63,256 nucleotides of DNA from positions 1 to 63,256 of IMG/VR virus record IMGVR_UViG_3300038621_000255, one strand, 5' to 3'. The notes under the pieces were generated by a model. It made no database searches and was not told the origin of the DNA. It saw nothing but the letters and a program-made list of their open reading frames with translations. Each line of letters begins with the position of its first letter. Within the stretch, counting starts at the first letter, position 1. Both the position numbers and the translations under genes were made by a program. This DNA is from a virus. Lineage: Duplodnaviria; Caudoviricetes. Positions 50,663 to 59,792 of this stretch are shown piece after piece.

Positions 50663-50972
50663 GGTTACTAAGGTTACAGGTAACCTAAAAAGGTAACCGT
50701 AAGAAATGCAGAGGTAACTCAAGGTAACTTACGGTAACCTTAAGTAACTATTGGAAAAGGAGAGTAACTGATGGATAGGATTCAGGATATGCAAGATTTT
50801 CAACAAATTAAGGATAATCCAGGTAACCCCTGGGTAACCGGCAGGGAAACCGATTCAGGTAACGAACATGTAACCCCATACGTAACCTCTGAAGGTTACC
50901 AACGTAACCAAGATGAGGTTACGGATACAGAAGAAACAAAAGAAACCAAGGAAGAGGGAGAAAACGTAACCT
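50663..50972. repeat. GTAAC/GTTAC iteron cluster over promoter and 5' end of HTH gene
   Basis: About 18 copies in both orientations within ~310 bp. Confidence 0.85.
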
Positions 50973-51589
50973 CTGATGGTAGGGATGAATTTGAACCTAC
51001 CGAGCCAATCACCCAAAAAGAACTGGCCCAGAAATTAGGAGTCAAGCGCCCCTATGTGGGGAAAATCCTAGGAGAATTGAAGAAGTATTTTCCCGAAAAT
51101 GAACTCTACGAGGGGCGTAAGCTATCTGTATTCGCCCAAGAACAGATCCTAGATTACAGATCCCTAGGGGCTAGCGCCTATCGCAAAGAGATGGAAAAAG
51201 CATCTAACAATGACAGTGATGCCGGAGGTGCTATCGAATTGCAAAAACCAGAAATGCAGAAACCGAATATTCCTAACGTAGAGCCGGATATCCTACCCAA
51301 ACAAAACTGGAATGCGGAAAAGATTGTAGATTGCTTCAGCCGCGCCCAGCTGGCAAAACAACAAGGGGCAAACGCACTCCAAGGTGCAATTGACAGCAAG
51401 GTTTCCACCCAAAGAAACTGGCAGACTTTCCAAGAAACAGAATTACGAGATACTTTCGCCCAAGGATGGGAACAGGGAGCAAGGAAAGCCCAAGCATACG
51501 CAGCGGGTGAAGAAGCTGCCTTCCAACAGTTCCTTCAGCAGATGGGGAAGTCATTTCAAAACGAAAATTCCCAATCGGAATCGGAATAG
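50771..51589 (+). CDS. HTH DNA-binding protein
   Basis: ITQKELAQKLGVKRPYV. Confidence 0.75.
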   Translation: MDRIQDMQDFQQIKDNPGNPWVTGRETDSGNEHVTPYVTSEGYQRNQDEVTDTEETKETKEEGENVTSDGRDEFEPTEPITQKELAQKLGVKRPYVGKILGELKKYFPENELYEGRKLSVFAQEQILDYRSLGASAYRKEMEKASNNDSDAGGAIELQKPEMQKPNIPNVEPDILPKQNWNAEKIVDCFSRAQLAKQQGANALQGAIDSKVSTQRNWQTFQETELRDTFAQGWEQGARKAQAYAAGEEAAFQQFLQQMGKSFQNENSQSESE

Positions 51590-52032
51590 TGTTGACTGCC
51601 CTGGCAATTGCCAACCTTTCTGCGCTTGCGGAATATCTTGGTAAATACGAACAGAAGCGCGACGCGGCTTTGGCAAGTCAAACTGCACAATCCCGCTACG
51701 AGAATGGCTGCGTATTTGTAAAGGCGATCGCATCCGACGGTAAACCAGCATCGCTAATCCCCAACACCCCCGTTATTGATAGGAGTAGTGCAGGGTTTTT
51801 CCCAGCCGGGACGACGGTATGCGATATTTATGGCAACACTGGGCGGATCCAGGTAAAAGAACTCGAATACCGCTACCTCTCCCCAAACGGGCGTTTTCAA
51901 TATCCCAAAGGGGCAAAAATCCCGGTGATTGACCCGGCTTCCTTGGCTTATACAGGAACTCCCCCACACAAAAAAATACCCGATGGCGCCCCCATTGGGT
52001 ATATAGGACGTATCTCTAATATCCAAAGATAA
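51589..52032 (+). CDS. Hypothetical (possibly exported) protein
   Basis: Coupled ORF; hydrophobic N-terminus, Cys pair. Confidence 0.6.
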   Translation: MLTALAIANLSALAEYLGKYEQKRDAALASQTAQSRYENGCVFVKAIASDGKPASLIPNTPVIDRSSAGFFPAGTTVCDIYGNTGRIQVKELEYRYLSPNGRFQYPKGAKIPVIDPASLAYTGTPPHKKIPDGAPIGYIGRISNIQR

Positions 52033-52086
52033 TTTCAAACCATCACGGACTCAACCCGTGATGGTTTACTAGGAGGTGAGAACAAT

Positions 52087-52626
52087 ATGCAAGTAGTCGA
52101 TGCCGAGCGTGTTGGTTCTGGTGAAAGCAAGGCCAGCACGTCTGCAAATAATAGCACCCAAAGTGCGCTTAAAAGTTTCTTCAAGAATAAACGCACTATC
52201 AAAGCCGTCCTCATTGTGAGCCTATCCTTTTTACTAGGTTTGGTTTGGGTCTTGAATTGTCAACCATACTTAAGTGCTGCTGAAAATCTATGGGGTATAG
52301 CAGCCTCAAGAAATACGAACAGCGGCGTGATAGGAAACCTTGTCTTTGCTTCAGTTATAACCCAATGGTTGTGGACACTCTTTGGAATCTTCCTGTGCGT
52401 TGGGTTGCAGTTGCTCGAATTCCTGCCAGCTCTAAATTGGAATATTAGCAGGAAAAAGGCACGCGTAGCTCGTATGGCTAGCTATGTGGTTGACCTAATT
52501 GTGCTTTGGTCGGTCTACCCAATTTCTAGCCTTCCCCTCAATTGGTGGCACTTGATTCTAATGGTTTTAGCTTTGATAGCTGTTGAGATGGTGTTTTATC
52601 CCCTTGCACTTATTAAAGATTCTTAA
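52087..52626 (+). CDS. Multi-pass membrane protein
   Basis: About four hydrophobic segments; AGGAGG RBS. Confidence 0.75.
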   Translation: MQVVDAERVGSGESKASTSANNSTQSALKSFFKNKRTIKAVLIVSLSFLLGLVWVLNCQPYLSAAENLWGIAASRNTNSGVIGNLVFASVITQWLWTLFGIFLCVGLQLLEFLPALNWNISRKKARVARMASYVVDLIVLWSVYPISSLPLNWWHLILMVLALIAVEMVFYPLALIKDS

Positions 52627-52636
52627 GGAGATTCTC

Positions 52637-53932
52637 ATGGATTTATTTAGGCCTAACGACTGGCGCTCTCACGAGTGGAAATCGGCAATCGAACCCCACA
52701 CAAACCCTTTCAAGGCACTAGCGGTTTTTGTTCTGGGTATCGTTTTAGGGTTTTTCGTAAACTTCCTACTTGGTCCCTTATTTGGGATTGTGGTAGGAGG
52801 TAGCCTTGTTGCTTGGGCATTCGTTATTGAGTGGAAACTTGGGAGTGCCGAAGATGGTGTATTAACGGACGGGGTTATCGCCCCCTTTATCAAGCACAAA
52901 GCCGATTTCCATCAATACCTCAGAGGTGTAGGAAAAGAGCGCGTGAGGGCTGAGATAGAACAGGCATTGGAAGACGGGCACGAAATATCCCCTTTTGCCC
53001 AAAATTGGTATAACGCAGATAAGAAGGGTAAACCTACCATTTCGGAAACTTCCCCTCTGCAACGTTTGAGGGAAGTTCCGGAAAAACCAACAGAGAAGCG
53101 TTCGTCGCCCACTCCACGACAACCCAAGGAAAATACCGGACCGCAAAAAGAGGAGGAGGACAACAACGGCAAGGAAGAGAGAGAGGAAGAAGAAGACATA
53201 AATCCTTTTTGGGAAATTCCCTACGCGCAATTGGTTATTTTGGCAGGGATGCAAGGATCGGGAAAGACAACCACCTTGGCGGCAATTATAGAGCAGAAAC
53301 TTAAACAGCAGGCTTTTGTTTTGGTTTGCGATCCCTTCTACTCAGCTGGTAAGCACTTCGGCCTTCCCGTAGTTGGGCGTGACCCAGAAAACCGGTTTAC
53401 AGATATATCAGCCGCCATGGAGTGGTTTGGGCAAATTGTCGAAGGAAGGTTGGTTAAGCAGGCAAAGTTTGAGAACTACGATCCCGTCGCCGACGATGTT
53501 CATATCTGCTTGGTTGTGGACGAGTTTACAAACCTTAGCAATAGTTTGGAGCCAACTGTATTGGCAAAACTCTGGGACGACAGTTTACAAACGTTGCGAA
53601 GATTGAATTTAAGCGTAATCCTTGCCACCCACAACCTACGCATCCCCGGTCTTGGCGGACAAAAGGCAGTTGCCTCAAAAACCGAGGCAATTTCCAACCA
53701 ATCAATGCAGTTCAAGTTACAAACAAAAATCAACAGAAATCGACAACCAGGGGAATCACCAAAAATCCCAGCAGGTAAGGCTAAGTTTAAACGCGAAGGG
53801 GAAGATGATTTCTACGAAGTAAAAGTACCAGAGGATTTTAAACCCTCCAATTTGAATTTTGATTTCCGGCACCTAACTGGGAAAGAAAAACACCCCAATT
53901 GGCGTAAAGAAGTAGGCTTAGAAAATCAGTAA
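52637..53932 (+). CDS. Membrane-anchored FtsK/HerA-like P-loop ATPase
   Basis: Two N-terminal TM segments, GMQGSGKT, LVVDEF, ILATH. Confidence 0.75.
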   Translation: MDLFRPNDWRSHEWKSAIEPHTNPFKALAVFVLGIVLGFFVNFLLGPLFGIVVGGSLVAWAFVIEWKLGSAEDGVLTDGVIAPFIKHKADFHQYLRGVGKERVRAEIEQALEDGHEISPFAQNWYNADKKGKPTISETSPLQRLREVPEKPTEKRSSPTPRQPKENTGPQKEEEDNNGKEEREEEEDINPFWEIPYAQLVILAGMQGSGKTTTLAAIIEQKLKQQAFVLVCDPFYSAGKHFGLPVVGRDPENRFTDISAAMEWFGQIVEGRLVKQAKFENYDPVADDVHICLVVDEFTNLSNSLEPTVLAKLWDDSLQTLRRLNLSVILATHNLRIPGLGGQKAVASKTEAISNQSMQFKLQTKINRNRQPGESPKIPAGKAKFKREGEDDFYEVKVPEDFKPSNLNFDFRHLTGKEKHPNWRKEVGLENQ

Positions 53933-53944
53933 AAGGAGTACAAG

Positions 53945-54202
53945 ATGGCATTACAACGCACCTTGAAACAAAAGCGCGATCTAGTAATCGGTGGTATACT
54001 CCGAACCTTACGATATGAGGGATTTACAACCAACCAAAAAATACTAGATCGATTAATAAAGAAGATCCAACCAAAGGACTTTTCCAAGGATAAATGGGTT
54101 GGCATAGAGACAAAGAAAAAGGGAAGAAAAAACTACCTGGTAATTAATTTCTTTAAAGGGGATGAAGTAATTAAATCCCAAAAAATGGAGATTCGCAAAT
54201 AA
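53945..54202 (+). CDS. Basic hypothetical protein
   Basis: AAGGAG RBS. Confidence 0.6.
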   Translation: MALQRTLKQKRDLVIGGILRTLRYEGFTTNQKILDRLIKKIQPKDFSKDKWVGIETKKKGRKNYLVINFFKGDEVIKSQKMEIRK

Positions 54203-54651
54203 TGGCTAGTGGTAAAATACACGAAAGGATTAATCTCTTTGGGTCAATAATAGCAGTAAGTGCCGTTGGTGCGATCGCCAAAGAACCTATCTTAGGATTG
54301 CTAGTGGGTGCCGGAACCCTAGTTGGCACCTACCTCCTTAGTCCCGATCTAGATTGCCGGGGCGCTTTTCACGCAAAATCCTGGTGGCGTTGGCATCGGA
54401 TCGGGTTGGGGTGGTATTGGTCGCTCTACGCCCAAACAATTCCCCACCACCGGCACTGGCTCAGTCACTCGATTGTAATAAGTACAGCGTATCGGGTTCT
54501 ATGGTTGGCGATTCCCCTGGCTGCAATACTATATGCTCTGCCCTTAGAAATTGACCCCAACGCAATCATCACCACCCATTGGAGATTCTTCGCTGCTTTC
54601 TACGGTGGGTTAGAATTATCTACAATCTTGCACTTACTGATGGACCTCTAA
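54202..54651 (+). CDS. DUF2227-like metal-binding membrane protein
   Basis: MASGKIH, LSPDLD, HR..LSH, H..D. Confidence 0.8.
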   Translation: MASGKIHERINLFGSIIAVSAVGAIAKEPILGLLVGAGTLVGTYLLSPDLDCRGAFHAKSWWRWHRIGLGWYWSLYAQTIPHHRHWLSHSIVISTAYRVLWLAIPLAAILYALPLEIDPNAIITTHWRFFAAFYGGLELSTILHLLMDL

Positions 54652-54773
54652 AAGTAGCAACCCCGTCCACGGACGGGGTTGCTTACTAAATCTTTTTAGC
54701 AATGACGGTAGCGACCCGAAGCAATAAGGCTGCTAGGAAACAACCCAATGCGATCACCACATCGCCACAAGGA

Positions 54774-54995
54774 TTAAAATCGTGAGTACATTCTTAGGTA
54801 TCTTTCCGCCAGGCTGTACCACCCTGGTAATGATATATATGGGGCTATATCATTTTGGAAGTGTCGGGGATTATCCTCTTCAAGGATGTCTTGAAGGATA
54901 AATACTAATTTGTTTACCCTTTCCTCGGGGTAAAGGGTGGAATCCATCAAAAGGGATTCCGTTGCGCTTTTAATTTGTTTTGCGGTTTCCTGCAT
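54774..54995 (-). CDS. Hypothetical protein
   Basis: GGAGGCAA RBS, preceded by pseudoknot copy 3. Confidence 0.65.
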   Translation of the reverse strand: MQETAKQIKSATESLLMDSTLYPEERVNKLVFILQDILEEDNPRHFQNDIAPYISLPGWYSLAERYLRMYSRF

Positions 54996-55021
54996 TCACT
55001 TGCCTCCAATTTATTCTTGTG

Positions 55022-55049
55022 TAGGCACTTTAACGACTTGCCCAGGTCG
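55022..55049 (-). ncRNA. Putative pseudoknot, copy 3
   Basis: Minus strand CGACCTGGGCAAGTCGTTAAAGTGCCTA. Confidence 0.6.
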
Positions 55050-55062
55050 TGGCAGGAAGTTA

Positions 55063-55368
55063 TTATCTAACCCAGTAGTACTCCCACCCATTTTGGGAAT
55101 AGGCGTATTTCTTATCTAGTTCCACTATTAGAGCATTTTCCGCTCTAATGTGCAGGATATCGCGGCCCTGTACCTTATGGGCTTCTTGGTAAAAGCCTTT
55201 TTCGGAAGGGGTGCCCTTTTGTAAGATATACGTCAAAATCTCCCACTCGCCTCTTATACTCTTACGGAACTCCGGGTGGCGGAACAACAGTTCCGGGTTG
55301 TTGTTCACTCGGCGAAGGTGCTGTAACAAGGCTTTCTTAATTTGCTCAGTTGATTGGTCGGTCTTCAT
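55063..55368 (-). CDS. Hypothetical early protein
   Basis: CCGGAGGCAA RBS, TTGACA promoter at 55430-55435. Confidence 0.7.
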   Translation of the reverse strand: MKTDQSTEQIKKALLQHLRRVNNNPELLFRHPEFRKSIRGEWEILTYILQKGTPSEKGFYQEAHKVQGRDILHIRAENALIVELDKKYAYSQNGWEYYWVR

Positions 55369-55490
55369 GGTTTTTGCCTCCGGTGTTACTTAATTAACTA
55401 TTCTTACTATGGCACACCCTTTTGGGAACTGTCAACCAGTTTGTAGAATTATTCCCTAAAATCCTATAAAACAACCATCTAGACTGGTTC

Positions 55491-57047
55491 CTAGAATTTT
55501 TCCTTGGCTTGTTTTCTGGCGGCGAGGGTGGTAGATTTAACCGGTGTGCGCATTGACCGTAGAGGAATTCGGCGAGTTTCTGCCAAAAACTGGGACAAAG
55601 CATCAACCTGATCGTCGTGCAAACTCTTTGGAAAATTCGCTAGTTCCTGCTCGAATTCCTCCAACCAGGGTGCTTGCTTGGGTAACCAAACGCGACCTTG
55701 TTCGATAAACCCAGCTTGAATTGCCAACCGGGATACCTTGTCTTTGGTGGGCTTAGAGGGTACTAGAGTGGCGCGTACTTGGGATGCGCATTCCTGCTGC
55801 AAGGCATACCCGGTAGCGGCCTGCTCGCAAATTATCGTGGCTGGTTCCCACTCTCTAGCCTTGCTAAGGAAATAGCGTTTCCCCTCTGGATAGTCGAGGC
55901 GCTTGCGAAATGCCTCCAATAAGTAAAAATGCCCTTGGGATACACCGAAGGTCAAGCAAACCCAAGGATCGTTGATTTCCTGCCCCTTGTGGGCAGTGTC
56001 CCAACTCTGCACCACTGTATCCCAATGTTTGGGCAAATCCTTACTTGTATACCGGGGGAAATCACCAATATTTATCAAGCCGCCGCCCAGGGGCATGGGG
56101 GATTGCTGGTGTCGGGCAGCAAACAACCAGTTACCTAGCACCAATCGGGCTTCTTGCTCTTCCTCTTCTCCGAAGCGCTCGGGGTGTAGGTAGTCGCCGG
56201 GGGTGCGGATAGTGCGATCGCCCGATAAGGGATATTCGATAGCTTCTTCCTCTTGGGCAACCGTGGGCAGTTTTAGCCAATTGTATCGATCCCTTGCATT
56301 TTCCAGGATCCAGCCCGATATATCGCCAACGTGCGTGCGCTGTTGCACTACCAGGATTGGCGCTTGTGGGTGGTTTTTCCGGGTGGCAGAAAAATCTTGA
56401 AATCTATGCAACGCTCGGTGGCGTTGCACGCCGCTTTCCGGTCGGGGTGAGTCCGGATCGTCAGCTTCGGGGTTATTTGGATCGTCGAAAATCAGTAGAT
56501 CCCCTCCAAGCCCCGTGACTGAGCCATCTAGACCCCGCGAAACCATAGCGCCTTGGTATTCGTTCTCGAACTCGCTAATCCGGTTGGCAGCTTGCACCAA
56601 CCGCAGCCCCTGCGACCAAAACCCCTGGTAGAATTCACTCTGGATTAATTTCCGTCGCTGTTGGTTATGACCGTTGGCGAGTGAGGCGGAATAAGATAGA
56701 CACAAAAACCGCAGGGAAGGGTAACGCAACCAGCACCAACAAGGGAAAACAATCGAAACCAAGGTGGTTTTTAAATGCCTTGGGGGCATATTTAAGAGGA
56801 GATTGCGGTGGCGTTCGTCCAATTCCCCTTCCAATAGCGCTTCCAAATATTCGCAGATTAAATCTAGAAACCAACCCCACTGTAGCTCCTGCCCGGGGGT
56901 GAGAACTTCCCAAGATTGCGCCAGAAATTGGGATAGGGAGGGTATAGGTTTGGGCGTACGTTGGATTGATTTCTTATGCTTTTTTGCTTTCTTTGCCCGC
57001 TTGCGGTTTAATTCTGTTCCCCCATAAGCAAGGCGACGGTCAAGCAT
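55491..57047 (-). CDS. Terminase large subunit
   Basis: NMPPRHLKT, LLIFDDP, QSWDTA, HDDQVDA. Confidence 0.93.
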   Translation of the reverse strand: MLDRRLAYGGTELNRKRAKKAKKHKKSIQRTPKPIPSLSQFLAQSWEVLTPGQELQWGWFLDLICEYLEALLEGELDERHRNLLLNMPPRHLKTTLVSIVFPCWCWLRYPSLRFLCLSYSASLANGHNQQRRKLIQSEFYQGFWSQGLRLVQAANRISEFENEYQGAMVSRGLDGSVTGLGGDLLIFDDPNNPEADDPDSPRPESGVQRHRALHRFQDFSATRKNHPQAPILVVQQRTHVGDISGWILENARDRYNWLKLPTVAQEEEAIEYPLSGDRTIRTPGDYLHPERFGEEEEQEARLVLGNWLFAARHQQSPMPLGGGLINIGDFPRYTSKDLPKHWDTVVQSWDTAHKGQEINDPWVCLTFGVSQGHFYLLEAFRKRLDYPEGKRYFLSKAREWEPATIICEQAATGYALQQECASQVRATLVPSKPTKDKVSRLAIQAGFIEQGRVWLPKQAPWLEEFEQELANFPKSLHDDQVDALSQFLAETRRIPLRSMRTPVKSTTLAARKQAKEKF

Positions 57048-57672
57048 CTTCTTCTTCGTTGGTCGTAGCTTCCGTGTCTATATCCCCATCCTCTCCTTCT
57101 TCTGGTGGTTTCGCTGGTTTTAATTCTTCTTGCTCGTAGGGGTCTAGGATCTCATAGCCCATCGCCTCTAGGGCACTACTTGCCCACTGGGCGTTGAGGA
57201 GATGGTGCAGCCCTTGTGATTGTCGTTCGCCTTGGATTGCGGTGTGCAAACTCTGCACTGCAATGTCAAACTTTTTCCAGTCACGAGTTGGAATGGCTTT
57301 TACAGGGTTTTCGCCTCTCTCTTTTGCTTCTTTTTGTAACTCAATAAAGCTATCGATGCAGCCTTCTGCGGCTTGCCTTGCTTTCTTGTAGCTATTTTGG
57401 TGAGCATCCGCCAGCTCTTCTGCTTTTTTAACTAGGGCTTGCGACCTTTGTTTCTTGAGCTTTTTAATTTCTTCAATCCAGAGGCGATAGAGTTCCGGAT
57501 CCTGTCCCAATTTTTGCCGCCAGCTATTTATTGAAGAGCGTGCAACCCCGAACTGGTGGGAAGTCTGGGCATCGCTCTGGAATTCGGCAAAAGCTAATAT
57601 TGTCGCCTTACCCTGTGGCGACGGACTGCGACCGTTACTGCTTTGGCTGTCGCCGTTTCTTCCTTTCTTCAA
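57040..57672 (-). CDS. Terminase small subunit
   Basis: N-terminal HTH (FGVARSSINSW), directly upstream of large subunit. Confidence 0.7.
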   Translation of the reverse strand: MKKGRNGDSQSSNGRSPSPQGKATILAFAEFQSDAQTSHQFGVARSSINSWRQKLGQDPELYRLWIEEIKKLKKQRSQALVKKAEELADAHQNSYKKARQAAEGCIDSFIELQKEAKERGENPVKAIPTRDWKKFDIAVQSLHTAIQGERQSQGLHHLLNAQWASSALEAMGYEILDPYEQEELKPAKPPEEGEDGDIDTEATTNEEEDA

Positions 57673-57674
57673 CT

Positions 57675-57863
57675 CTATCTTCCCTTTCCTTTCTGCTTCC
57701 TGCTTAAACTCGCATTTACAGCCCGCAGCTGTGCCAGGGCTTTTTCCCAGCTTTGATGCCCACCACCATCGATGGGGCGATCGCTACTTTGCCCACGGGC
57801 TATTCTTCCGCTCGGCTCGACCAACCTGTATTTTCCCCGACGCTTGCTAATGCTTACTGGCAT
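57675..57863 (-). CDS. Small basic phage protein
   Basis: GH.S.EKA.AQLRA pattern; coupled to terminase genes. Confidence 0.6.
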   Translation of the reverse strand: MPVSISKRRGKYRLVEPSGRIARGQSSDRPIDGGGHQSWEKALAQLRAVNASLSRKQKGKGR

Positions 57864-57949
57864 TTGGGCAAACCATAATTCCTTCCCCCTAAAGTAGCAG
57901 AAAATCAGACCGACCGCAACATGTAATCATCGGTAGGTACCAAGCAACC

Positions 57950-58530
57950 ACCATAATATTTTTATTACAGGGGTACGAAAACGCTGTAATCTTCTGTGTG
58001 TGGAGATTGTAGGTATATTATGGGGGCTGTAATAAAAACTGTAATAAAAACGCAGCATAAAAATATTACAGTGCGCGATCGCAACCAGAATATTTTTATT
58101 ACAGAAGGTGCGGAAACGCTGTAATCTCCTATGCGACTGAATTCTAGGTAAATTATAAGGTCGTGATGGCATGGACTGTAATAAAAATAATATTACACCG
58201 TAATAAAACGCTGTAATCTCCTGTGTGCGGAGATTACAGGCTCGTAACGAGGTCGTAATAAAATAGCGAGCGCAGGGGCATAATTACGCAGCTGTAATAA
58301 TAACCAAAACCCGCTTTGTGTGGAGATTACAGCACTTATAATATCCAAAATGTAACACACTATACTTACCCCTTTTATAATCGACCTCAAATCCCCTGTG
58401 TGTGGAGATTACAGCAAATATTATAGGGTATACGCACAGATCTAGTAATACCGTAATAAATGCTGTAATCTCCTGTGCGACTGGATTTGAGGTCGATTTT
58501 TAGAGTTGGTTGTATAACGTGTTACATTTT
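57950..58530. repeat. ATTAC-rich locus D with ~185-bp imperfect palindrome (58347-58530)
   Basis: CTGTAATCTCC-N7-GGAGATTACAG boxes; nested arms AAAATGTAACAC/GTGTTACATTTT and AATCGACCTCAAATCC/GGATTTGAGGTCGATT. Confidence 0.9.
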
Positions 58531-58548
58531 GCCCTTTGTTACCCTCAT

Positions 58549-58757
58549 GTTCTTTGTCGGTTAGGCGGAGGATCGCCAAAGGGTCAAAAGTTGGCATGCC
58601 TTACCCACCTTAAACCCAGTCACAGCAAGGGTTTTAGCGATTGATAGTCTACGAGGGGGTGAAGACCCATAATCGCTGAGATGCCTTAACCATAGGGGTT
58701 TCAGCCGCCAATTTAATGACCGAGTTAGTACATTTTTCGATCCTCTGGTCACCCGAC
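58549..58757 (+). repeat. ~210-bp cassette repeat, copy 1
   Basis: Near-identical to 59461-59669 and 60549-60753. Confidence 0.93.
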
Positions 58758-58880
58758 TGCCGCTAAGTAACTTGTCAGTTAGGATCTGGGAAAAATTCTA
58801 CAAAACCCTTGACAAAACCCTATAGATTTGCTATTATAATAATTGAAGAGGTTAAAGAGCAAACCAGGAGGCAACAAACC

Positions 58881-59225
58881 ATGCAACACACAATGGAAAA
58901 CATAAACATCGACATCAACATCAAGTTCTCCCAAGAACTAACCGTCAGCCAAGCGGAAGATTTGGCAATGAACTCTCTGCTAGAGAAAACCCGCAAAGCG
59001 GTGATGGAACAAAACCCCGAACTTTTAAACCAACTAGACGCAGACTCTGAGGATCCACTAGAAGATGTAGTGGATGGGCTTCTAACCGGAGAGGGACCGG
59101 TTCTAGAGGAACTAGGGCAATCGCTCATCACCGACCCAGAAACCCAGGAAGCATTCCTCGATACCCACGCTGGAACTTTCCACGACCACGACAAAGATGA
59201 GGAATGGACCGTCTACATCGCCTAA
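58881..59225 (+). CDS. Acidic hypothetical cassette protein
   Basis: TTGACA promoter 58809, GGAGGCAA RBS. Confidence 0.75.
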   Translation: MQHTMENINIDINIKFSQELTVSQAEDLAMNSLLEKTRKAVMEQNPELLNQLDADSEDPLEDVVDGLLTGEGPVLEELGQSLITDPETQEAFLDTHAGTFHDHDKDEEWTVYIA

Positions 59226-59460
59226 ACCCACCACCTTCCTTCCCTCCCCACGCAGGGAAGGTTTTCTATTTCCAAAAATTTGGGGGCAAATTGCCCCCGT
59301 TTTTTATTTAGGATATATCCTACTGCTACCCCTACTGAAAGCTTTTCTAGGGGTATTTTTGTGGCTCTAAGAAAATAGACAGTTAGCCACCCAACGACCT
59401 ATTCCCCTATGGTCTACGCTAGGAGGTTAGGACAAATGGTACGCGCGCATTATTGGGGTT

Positions 59461-59669
59461 GTTCTTTGTCGGTTAGGCGGGAGATCGCCAAAGGGTCAAA
59501 AGTTGGCATGCTTTACCCACCTTAAATTCAGTCACAGCAAGGGTTTCAGCGATTGGTACTTTACGAGGGGGTAAAGACCTATAATCGTTGAGATGTCATA
59601 GCCATAGGGGTTTCAGCCGCCAATCTAATGACCGAGTTAGTACATTTTTCGATCCTCTGGTCACCCGAC
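59461..59669 (+). repeat. ~210-bp cassette repeat, copy 2
   Basis: Direct repeat of copy 1. Confidence 0.93.
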
Positions 59670-59792
59670 CACAGCATAATGCCCTTATACTGCCCATTTA
59701 GATGGTTTCTGTAAGTCCCTTGACAAAACCCTATAGGTTTGCTATTATAATAATTGAAGAGGTTAAAAGGCAAGACCCGGAGGCAACAAACC

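Noticed and set aside
57950-58530. ATTAC-rich loci as a CRISPR or guide-RNA array
   Set aside because: Units are degenerate, in mixed orientation and irregularly spaced; no cas or effector gene recognised
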